From: a bacterium
Lineage (GTDB): Bacteria; Patescibacteriota; JABMPQ01; JBDRIV01
Direction of reading: 5' to 3'
Assembly: GCA_043815505.1 (NCBI GenBank)
Contig: JBDRIV010000002.1
Span: 374,943-438,942, forward strand
Length of the DNA stretch: 64,000 bases
The position numbers and the translations under genes were made by a program. Under the pieces are notes generated by a model. The model was not told the DNA's origin and searched no databases. It worked only from the letters and a program-made list of their open reading frames with translations. Positions within the stretch are counted from its first letter, which is position 1, and each line of letters starts with the position of its first letter. Below, piece by piece: positions 1 to 6,827 of the stretch.

Positions 1-13
1 CACAAAAGGTCTT

Positions 14-1264
14 ATGAAATCATTCATTAAAAAAATAATTCAAAACATGGCCCGAATGGTAATTAATAAATTCCAGCCGGGCATTGTTGCTATTACTGGA
101 AATGTAGGAAAAACCTCAACCAAAGATGCTATTGCCCTTCTTTTGTCTTCTCGTTATAGAGTAGAAGCAAGTCGAGGAAATTATAATAACGAATTTGGAG
201 TCCCGCTTACAATTTTAGGAAAAGATTCTCCTGGCAGTTCACCACTTGGTTGGTTGCGTGTATTATTGCGAGGTTTGCGACTGGTTTTATGGAGCGATGC
301 TAAATATCCAGAAATCTTGGTTTTGGAATATGCCATCGATCATCCAAAAGATATGGATGTTCTACTTTCAATTGCCAAACCAAATGTGGCTGTAATAACA
401 CCCATTGGTGAAGCACCGTCTCATCTAGAGTTTTTCGACTCACTAAGTGATTTAGTTGCTGAGAAAGTAAAACTTATTAAAGCTTTATCCAAAGATGGTT
501 TAGCGGTACTTTCTGCAGATGATAAAAATGTTAAAAGACAACACGGAAAAACTAAGGCCAGAGTTTTAACTTATGGTATGGACAGGGAGGCCAATTTTTA
601 TGCTTCAAACTTTATTGGTGGGGAATCTGAAACAATCACGCTAGGTTTGAATTTCAAGGTGGAATTCTCTGGAAATACTATTCCGGTGAAATTGCCAAAA
701 GTTTTAAGTAAATTTCAAGCTGTAGCAGTAGCTGCCGCTCTGGCTGTTGGCACACATTTCGATATTAATCTGGTTGAATCAAGCAAGTTTCTAGAAAGTT
801 TCACACCACCAAAAGGCAGAATGAATGTTTTGCCAGGAATAAAAGGAACTACTATAATAGATGATTCTTATAATTCTTCTCCAAAAGCTTGTGCGGCGGC
901 TCTAGAAGTTCTGGGCGAGCAAAAGGCAATAAGAAAAATAGCTGTTCTGGGTGACATGAAAGAGTTGGGCGAAAAAACCGAAGAAGCACATGAAGAAATT
1001 GTGAAGATGGCCGAAGGTGTTGCAGATATTGTAATTACCGTTGGAGATTCATCTAAGTTTATTTCCGAGAGTGCAAATCATTTTGATGCTGCCGAAGAGG
1101 CGGGCAGATATTTACAAGATGAAGTAATTAAAGCTGGAGATATAATTTTAGTAAAAGCCTCACAAAGCATTCGTTTAGAAAAAGTTGTGAAGGAATTAAT
1201 GCTTCATCCAGAAAAAGCCAAGGAGCTTTTGGTTAGACAAGGAGAGGAGTGGAATAAAGATTAA
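14..1264 (+). CDS. murF: UDP-N-acetylmuramoyl-tripeptide--D-Ala-D-Ala ligase
   Basis: ITGNVGKTSTK P-loop, GNYNNEFGVPLT, IIDDSYNSSP, VLGDMKELG and LVKASQS motifs. Confidence 0.9.
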   Translation: MKSFIKKIIQNMARMVINKFQPGIVAITGNVGKTSTKDAIALLLSSRYRVEASRGNYNNEFGVPLTILGKDSPGSSPLGWLRVLLRGLRLVLWSDAKYPEILVLEYAIDHPKDMDVLLSIAKPNVAVITPIGEAPSHLEFFDSLSDLVAEKVKLIKALSKDGLAVLSADDKNVKRQHGKTKARVLTYGMDREANFYASNFIGGESETITLGLNFKVEFSGNTIPVKLPKVLSKFQAVAVAAALAVGTHFDINLVESSKFLESFTPPKGRMNVLPGIKGTTIIDDSYNSSPKACAAALEVLGEQKAIRKIAVLGDMKELGEKTEEAHEEIVKMAEGVADIVITVGDSSKFISESANHFDAAEEAGRYLQDEVIKAGDIILVKASQSIRLEKVVKELMLHPEKAKELLVRQGEEWNKD

Positions 1265-1411
1265 AGATAAAAAAATAAAGAGAAAAGAAACACCTTGAAA
1301 ATTACAGGTGTTTTGTTATAGTAGCAGAACTGACTTAGGGCTTATAGCTTATGGCGAATAGCACAAGGAAAAACTGCTATTAGCAATATGCTATTTGCTA
1401 TTTGCAAACTT

Positions 1412-1580
1412 GGCCTCGTCGTCTAGTGGCTAGGACATCAGATTGTGCCGCGTTCGTCTAGTGGCTAGGACGCCGCCCTCTCATGGCGGTAACACGGGTT
1501 CGACTCCCGTACGCGGTAGATTGACAGGGGTTCCCAGCCAAAGGCTGGTCACCCTTCGGGTGAAATTCCCCTTGGGGCTA
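1412..1580 (+). pseudogene. Interrupted outer tRNA shell (Asp/His-like; anticodon arm disrupted by a nested tRNA-Glu; 30-nt T-loop insert)
   Basis: 5' acceptor strand GGCCTCG (1412-1418) pairs with TGGGGCT (1573-1579); D-arm TCGTCTAGTGGCTAGGAC; 5' anticodon strand TCAGA-TTGT; T-stem AGGGG/CCCCT around TTC...AATT. Confidence 0.65.
1447..1518 (+). tRNA. tRNA-Glu (CTC), no encoded CCA
   Basis: Full cloverleaf: GCCGCGT/ACGCGGT acceptor, CCGCC-CTCTCAT-GGCGG anticodon arm, ACGGG-TTCGACT-CCCGT T-arm. Confidence 0.95.
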
Positions 1581-1593
1581 TATAAATAATACA

Positions 1594-2118
1594 ATGTCAA
1601 AACCATTGAATATAAAATTTGAAAAAGCTGTTCGGTTTTTAGCAGAACACTTTCCTGTTTCTGATGAATCGAGTAGGAAACCTGTTTTGTTTCACGATAT
1701 AAGAGTTGGAGTATATTTATATGAAAATGGATATTCAGAAGAAATAGTTTTAGCTGGACTCTTACACGATGCAATTGAATGGTCAGATGTGACTGAAGAA
1801 ATGTTGCGTAAAGAATTTGGAGACAGGGTATTAAAATTGGTTCTAGCTAACACAAAAGATGATTGTATTGAAGATAAAGTAGAAAAAACAGATGAACTTA
1901 TAAAACGTTGTGTAAAAAATGGACAAGATGCTTTGATTGTAAAAACAGTCGATATAATTGATAGTTTCAAATGGTACGAAAGTCAGGATAATAAAGAAGA
2001 ACTGAATTATTGTATGCGAAATGCCAATGCCATTATGAAATTAAAACCAGAAGATTTTGACGATAAGATATTTGAAAAATTAAAAAAGTGGCAAGATAAG
2101 TATTCATCATCTAATTAA
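1594..2118 (+). CDS. HD-domain protein (RelA/SpoT HD, small alarmone hydrolase-like)
   Basis: RKPVLFH...AGLLHDAIE...ALIVKTVDIID pattern; stand-alone 174 aa. Confidence 0.75.
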   Translation: MSKPLNIKFEKAVRFLAEHFPVSDESSRKPVLFHDIRVGVYLYENGYSEEIVLAGLLHDAIEWSDVTEEMLRKEFGDRVLKLVLANTKDDCIEDKVEKTDELIKRCVKNGQDALIVKTVDIIDSFKWYESQDNKEELNYCMRNANAIMKLKPEDFDDKIFEKLKKWQDKYSSSN

Positions 2119-2131
2119 TAATTCACATATT

Positions 2132-2170
2132 ATGGGAAGTTTTATAGAACTAAATGATACTTTGCAAATT
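2132..2170 (+). pseudogene. Probable 5' fragment of a hypothetical gene disrupted by the HNH insertion
   Basis: ATG-initiated MGSFIELNDTLQI; the frame runs on into the insert and stops at the HNH start; linking it to the 2679-2906 fragment is inference. Confidence 0.45.
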
Positions 2171-2232
2171 GAAACATCGTTATCAAATTTACATAGCCTA
2201 ACAACGTGTGTGAATCTCAAGATTAAAATACA

Positions 2233-2676
2233 ATGACTAGAAAAACAATACCCAAGGATATACAGCTTAAAATATGGTTTCGCGATAAATGGTCATGCAA
2301 ATATTGTGGTGAGCCAGTATTTTTTGCACCAACTTTAAAATTATTAAACGAATTAAGTCCAAAACACGGATACTATCATCCGAATGGTAAAACTGATAAT
2401 ATGCTCTCCCTTTTTCAATGGCACTGGTCAAGTGTTGATCATGTTAAGCCATATTCAAAAGGTGGCGAAGATAATATAAATAACTATGTAACTGCGTGCT
2501 GGAGTTGTAATCTACAACTTAAGGATAAATCTCATGATCAAGGGAAACCACAACCAGATCTAACTAATAAAAATGCTCAAGTAGTAGATTGGGATGGATT
2601 ATCTTCTTTGTATTTAAAGTTGGGACAGAAACATGATGAGTGGACTAAACTCTTGCTAACATATTTTAATTTGTAA
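2233..2676 (+). CDS. HNH endonuclease (zinc-binding, McrA-like)
   Basis: RDKWSCKYCG...SVDHVKPYSKGG.D...NYVTACWSCN. Confidence 0.9.
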   Translation: MTRKTIPKDIQLKIWFRDKWSCKYCGEPVFFAPTLKLLNELSPKHGYYHPNGKTDNMLSLFQWHWSSVDHVKPYSKGGEDNINNYVTACWSCNLQLKDKSHDQGKPQPDLTNKNAQVVDWDGLSSLYLKLGQKHDEWTKLLLTYFNL

Positions 2677-2678
2677 AC

Positions 2679-2906
2679 AAGCCTAACACTAGAATTTATC
2701 ACATACCTCCAACCAGATGTTTTTTAGTTCACAACATTGATGGCAAATGGTTGTATTGGGGAAAAATAATGATGCTTGAGCAGACAATTCATGGAGAAGA
2801 AAAACAGACAACTTCTGGCAAATATAAAATAATAAAGATTTATAATCCCGATTATCAAGAACAAATTACCAAACACGAATCTTCTGAAGGAAAAAGTTAT
2901 TTATAA
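2679..2906 (+). pseudogene. 3' fragment of a disrupted hypothetical gene
   Basis: Open frame KPNTRIYHIPPTRCFLVHNIDGKWLYWGKIMMLEQTIHGEEKQTTSGKYKIIKIYNPDYQEQITKHESSEGKSYL* begins immediately after the HNH stop with no start codon at its 5' end. Confidence 0.55.
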
Positions 2907-2920
2907 TTTCCGTTTATCAC

Positions 2921-2996
2921 CATCAATTGAACCGGATCAGTTAGTTCACGAATAGCATCGTTTGCAATCCATTTGGTAGCAGGGGATAGAAGTTTT
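2921..2996 (-). repeat. Diverged direct repeat of the alkD-like 3' end (partner 5715-5790); island boundary
   Basis: 65/76 nt identical by manual alignment; encodes KLLSPATKWIANDAIRELTDPVQLM versus KLNSPAAKWIANDAIRELTDPVQLM. Confidence 0.9.
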
Positions 2997-3808
2997 CAAT
3001 ATGGACTTTTAATATTTCTAATTTTAGGATTTGTAACCTGAGTATAAATTTGCGTGGTGCGAATGTTAGCATGACCGAGTAATTCTTGCACATAGCGAAC
3101 ATCAGTGCCGTTTTCCAACAGGTGAGTGGCGAAGCTGTGGCGCAAGGAATGAAAAGTCGCCGGCTTTTTTATATCGGTGCGTGTTAAGCTTTGGCGGAAC
3201 ATTTTTTGCAGGGAAGTGGTAGTCAGTTTGCCACCACGATTAGATGCAAAGACAAATTCATTTGCCTTTCTACCAGCAATCAAGTTGCGTAAATCGTTTT
3301 GTAATTTTTGTGGCAGAACACTGATTCTGTCTTTTTTACCCTTTGCTTCTTTTAGGTGAACAATAAGTTCATTAATATCTAAATCAGCAACTCTAAGATC
3401 AACCACTTCACTAACTCTAAGTCCGCATGCGTAACCTAAAGAGATCATTAATCTGTACTTTGGATTGGTGGTAGCTAAAATAATCTTGTGGATTTCGGAT
3501 CGCGATAAAACAATCGGCAATTTTTTACTTCTTTTGGCAAATTTCAAATCTATTGATTGCGGGCTTCTTAGCACTTCTGCATAGAAGAATTTAATGGCAT
3601 TCAAAGCCAGATTGATTGTTTGTGGTGATTGACCTCGTTTGTGTTTATGAAGTAGAAATTCTTCAATTGCTTTTTGTTTATTTTTAATACCACGCTTCCT
3701 TGAGAATATGATATACTGTTTTATGTAAAGCAAATACGCCTTTTGCGTTTTAAGGCTATAGTTGCGAAGTTTAAGAATATTGGCAGTTTTTTTCAAAATG
3801 TTTTGCAT
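2996..3808 (-). CDS. Tyrosine recombinase, integron-integrase-like (short, no obvious IntI insertion)
   Basis: LRNYSLKTQKAY N-terminus, YACGLRVSE, AKGKKDR, HSLRHSFATHLLENG, LLGH, TTQIYT. Confidence 0.9.
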   Translation of the reverse strand: MQNILKKTANILKLRNYSLKTQKAYLLYIKQYIIFSRKRGIKNKQKAIEEFLLHKHKRGQSPQTINLALNAIKFFYAEVLRSPQSIDLKFAKRSKKLPIVLSRSEIHKIILATTNPKYRLMISLGYACGLRVSEVVDLRVADLDINELIVHLKEAKGKKDRISVLPQKLQNDLRNLIAGRKANEFVFASNRGGKLTTTSLQKMFRQSLTRTDIKKPATFHSLRHSFATHLLENGTDVRYVQELLGHANIRTTQIYTQVTNPKIRNIKSPY

Positions 3809-3828
3809 GAAAGTAATCTATCATAAGT

Positions 3829-3857
3829 TTGCATAACATACAAGATATTGATAAAAT
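3829..3857 (+). promoter_or_regulatory. Candidate cassette promoter (Pc-like)
   Basis: TTGCAT-17 bp-TAAAAT facing the cassette array. Confidence 0.45.
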
Positions 3858-3892
3858 TATTAATATGGTTTTCATAAAAACCAGTTAAGTGA
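3831..3892 (+). other. attI-like primary recombination site
   Basis: Core site G|TTAAGTGA at 3884; upstream GCATAAC (3831-3837) is the exact complement of GTTATGC at the array end (5619-5625). Confidence 0.7.
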
Positions 3893-3944
3893 AATAGAAA
3901 ACATTTTTAATGTATATTGTATTTACCATTTTTAAGATGACAAA

Positions 3945-4571
3945 ATGGAGAGCCTAATACTAATCAGCACAATTTTGGCCATTCATGTATTTGCATGGTT
4001 TACACCAGGTCCGCTTTTTGTGCTTATCATAAGAAATTCGCTTGTGTATTCGCGCAAGTCTGGAATGTGGACAGCGGTCGGAATCGCAATAGGTAATGCA
4101 ATCCACATTACTTACTCGGTCACAGGACTTGCGCTCATAATTTCAGCATCACCAGTAGCTTTTAACATAATCAAATTTCTAGGTGTTGGCTATCTGGCTT
4201 ATCTTGGAATTAAGACATTTCTCATTAAAGTGGACGCACAAAAAACGGACTCAACATCAGAGAAACACAAAGACCTTATTCCATTTCAAGCGGCCAAAAT
4301 TGGCTTCTTAACCAACATTTTAAGCCCTAAAGCATCATTGTTCTTTGCAAGTATATTCGCAACAGTAATGGCGTCCGGCTCTCCATTTTGGGTTGTAATA
4401 TTTTTGTGGGTCGCTATGCCACTAAATTCGTTTGTCATGGCTTTTATTCTTTCAGTATTTTTTACCCAAAAGAAAGTCAGAAATGTTTATGCAAATTATC
4501 AGCCAACAGTGAACAAATTACTTGGGACAGCATTGATTGTACTCGCAATAATTGTCGCGACCCACAAATAA
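3945..4571 (+). CDS. LysE/RhtB-family amino acid exporter (cassette 1)
   Basis: FTPGPL, GVGYLAYLG, GFLTNILSPKASLFF motifs; hydrophobic. Confidence 0.92.
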   Translation: MESLILISTILAIHVFAWFTPGPLFVLIIRNSLVYSRKSGMWTAVGIAIGNAIHITYSVTGLALIISASPVAFNIIKFLGVGYLAYLGIKTFLIKVDAQKTDSTSEKHKDLIPFQAAKIGFLTNILSPKASLFFASIFATVMASGSPFWVVIFLWVAMPLNSFVMAFILSVFFTQKKVRNVYANYQPTVNKLLGTALIVLAIIVATHK

Positions 4572-4668
4572 AAATGGTAAATGATTTTATGATAAAAATG
4601 TTTTCTGCTCTGCGCTCCCTACGGTCGCTTGCCACGCTGCGCTCTCGCTCCACTGCGTTTCGCTCGGG

Positions 4669-4764
4669 TCACTTAACAAGGGATATACGAGAAATGGCTC
4701 GGCTCGCCATTTCTCCAAATTTTGCTCCTACGTCGCAAAACTTCGTATATCCCTAACGTTATCG
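4669..4764 (+). other. attC-like site 1
   Basis: TCACTTAAC complements GTTAAGTGA at 3884; 12-bp stem AGGGATATACGA/TCGTATATCCCT; two inner hairpins; ends in GTTATCG. Confidence 0.85.
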
Positions 4765-4868
4765 GAAATAGCGACTATATGTTTTGACATTTTCAGGTTT
4801 AGTGCAATAAAAAAGAACAGTGATATTCTGTTCGTAAAATTATATAGTCCGTCGCTACATCCGATAAC
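4758..4868 (+). other. ORF-less body of cassette 2
   Basis: Bounded by GTTATCGGA and TCCGATAAC (9/9 complementary); internal inverted repeats; no ORF. Confidence 0.75.
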
Positions 4869-4941
4869 ACTGTGTATCTGGTTCCGTAAAAGAGAAAAAT
4901 AAAATAATTTTTTATTTTAAAAAGCCCTTTTTCAATTTTTT

Positions 4942-4976
4942 AAAAAATACCCCGAGCGATAATTCAACTCGGGGCA
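4942..4976 (-). terminator. Intrinsic terminator of 5000-5359
   Basis: CCCCGAG/CTCGGGG stem with a U-tract on the minus strand. Confidence 0.65.
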
Positions 4977-4999
4977 TACTGCTGAAAGGCCGTATGAGG

Positions 5000-5359
5000 T
5001 TAGATTGTTTCGAGGAAATCCTCAATCTTCTTCTCATATTCAGCCAGCTTGTCCTGGGCGTCCTTGAGTGCTCTGGTTTTCTCGGTCACAGCATCCTCAA
5101 GACCACGCTTGCGTTTTTTGAAGTAGTCCTGCACTTTGTCCAGAGTGCAGATACTCATTTCACTCCGGCAGCTTTTGTCCGAACCAGGAGAATCGTTCAT
5201 TTTAAGCCGGTCCGTCTCCTTGAAATCATCAAGGCTGCGCACCCTGAACCATTCGTCTTCAACTGTCGTAACAATGGCAGGACACGACCATGTATTCATG
5301 TAGCGCTCGGCCGACCACCATACCAGCAATCCTGGCTTCATATCTTCCTTGTTTATCAT
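5000..5359 (-). CDS. Hypothetical protein (possible SH3/Tudor-like N-terminus plus coiled coil)
   Basis: AGGAGG SD, own promoter and terminator; higher GC than its surroundings. Confidence 0.8.
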   Translation of the reverse strand: MINKEDMKPGLLVWWSAERYMNTWSCPAIVTTVEDEWFRVRSLDDFKETDRLKMNDSPGSDKSCRSEMSICTLDKVQDYFKKRKRGLEDAVTEKTRALKDAQDKLAEYEKKIEDFLETI

Positions 5360-5411
5360 TGCTTCCTCCTTGGCTAAGGTTTGATTTCATCAGCATCTTT
5401 ACTGACCTAAT

Positions 5412-5440
5412 AGTATAGTAGGCTTTCCTTCTCCTGTCAA
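5412..5440 (-). promoter_or_regulatory. sigma70 promoter
   Basis: TTGACA-17 bp-TATACT on the minus strand. Confidence 0.75.
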
Positions 5441-5666
5441 TGCAACCGATTTCAAAAAATTGAAAAAGGGCTTAAATTAAGGTAAATTATTTCATTTTTC
5501 TCTTTTACTCCACCCAAATTGCGCTGTGATTAAATAAAATTAAGTGATATAATCAAGGTACGTGAAGTTTTGAAGTTTTAATCAATAAACACGGACGCAA
5601 CTTCAGATACACAGAAACGTTATGCGGACATCGCTTCGCAATTAGATAATTGCAAAAAATAGCGTT

Positions 5667-6377
5667 TTAAAACACCCTCAGTGAGGATGAATTAGAATTT
5701 TTATTTCTAATCCTCATCAATTGCACGGGGTCAGTTAATTCACGGATGGCATCGTTTGCAATCCATTTGGCGGCAGGGGAATTAAGTTTTAAGATTTCAC
5801 GAGCGGTTGCAACCGCTTTTTTGTTTAATACCATATTTCTTTTTCCAATCTGACACAAAGCCCAGTTAACAGCTTTTTTCACAAAATTTCTTTCATCGGT
5901 TGAACCGTTTATTATGTAAGGAAAAAATTTAGCTAATTTGGAATCTGAAGCCTTTTTATCGTGAACAGCCAGTGATGCCATTAAAGCAAAACCAGCTCGT
6001 TTTACAAAATCTTTTTTATCTTTACTCCATTCTACAGCTTTTTTATAGGCATAAGGAGTTTTGTCAAAAAGATTCATGCAACACTGATCACATAAATCCC
6101 ATGAATAGAAATCGTTTGCATATTTGTCCATTTCTTTCTCGGTTAGAGTTTTAGGATCGTTAATTAAGCAGGATAGAATTCTGGCCTCATGAACTTTAGT
6201 GTCCCAAAGATTTATAGCCAATTTTGGATTAGTGCCAATTTCTTTACCAAATTTACGAATAATAGGCATCGAAACACCTAGGGCACTTTTTGAATCAATA
6301 CCAAATCGCGCCATACCTTCTCGGTTGCGCTCGGTTCCAAGTTTTTTCAGTTGAGAAATAATTTCTTTTGTATTCAT
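5667..6377 (-). CDS. DNA alkylation repair protein (AlkD-like HEAT-repeat)
   Basis: GMARFGI, LWDTKVHEARIL, SWDLCDQ, DERNFVKKAVNWAL; start placed at the MNTKE ATG (ORF track extends to 6407). Confidence 0.88.
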   Translation of the reverse strand: MNTKEIISQLKKLGTERNREGMARFGIDSKSALGVSMPIIRKFGKEIGTNPKLAINLWDTKVHEARILSCLINDPKTLTEKEMDKYANDFYSWDLCDQCCMNLFDKTPYAYKKAVEWSKDKKDFVKRAGFALMASLAVHDKKASDSKLAKFFPYIINGSTDERNFVKKAVNWALCQIGKRNMVLNKKAVATAREILKLNSPAAKWIANDAIRELTDPVQLMRIRNKNSNSSSLRVF

Positions 6378-6433
6378 ATAAATATTATAGCAATAAAAAA
6401 CTCCCACTTAAAATGAGAGTTATTTGGATGTAA

Positions 6434-6706
6434 TTATATCCAAGGCATTACATCACCATCTGGGTTTAAACCGCACGATATTAGCCAATCCTTGATTTCA
6501 CCTAAATATTTTGTAGTTTTTGGATCAAGTTGGGTATTCGGACTAAGCTTTTCCAATTCTTCAGGAGGTAGTTCCTGTTTCATAAGATCTAATAAAACCA
6601 TTACGCGATCATAAAGATCTTTGGCGGGAAAATCTGTGCGACCTTGCATAGCAGCTGTAGCAGTAGCATGAAGAACAACGTTTATACAGTCTCGAAAACA
6701 ACTCAT
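6434..6706 (-). CDS. Hypothetical protein (orphan unit)
   Basis: AAGGAGG SD; TTGACA-17-TAGATT promoter at 6790-6762; downstream hairpin. Confidence 0.7.
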   Translation of the reverse strand: MSCFRDCINVVLHATATAAMQGRTDFPAKDLYDRVMVLLDLMKQELPPEELEKLSPNTQLDPKTTKYLGEIKDWLISCGLNPDGDVMPWI

Positions 6707-6827
6707 TCTAAGTCCTCCTTAGTAAAATGTTATTATGTAAAGAACAGTTAAACAGCTGTTAAATCTATATTGTTTTAACAATATTGTCAATTAATACTGA
6801 TTTCAGAACAGCATTTTATATTTAAAA

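Larger units (their letters stand above)
4860..5625 (+). other. attC-like site 2 (giant, gene-containing loop)
   Basis: TCCGATAAC-A-CTGTGTATCTG ... CAGATACACAG-AAAC-GTTATGC; nested IRs 4886-4910/5484-5508 (24/25) and 4922-4941/5454-5473 (20/20). Confidence 0.75.
2921..5790. mobile_element. Integron-like island inserted in the 3' end of the alkD-like gene
   Basis: Flanking direct repeats, tyrosine recombinase, divergent cassette array with complementary core sites. Confidence 0.75.

Noticed and set aside
1481-1774. Minus-strand 97-aa ORF
   Set aside because: Antisense to tRNA-Glu and the HD gene; shadow ORF
4388-4756. 122-aa plus-strand ORF
   Set aside because: Overlaps the LysE gene and runs through the GC-rich hairpins and the attC-like site
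4994-5377. 127-aa plus-strand ORF
   Set aside because: Antisense shadow of 5000-5359, which has the SD, promoter and terminator
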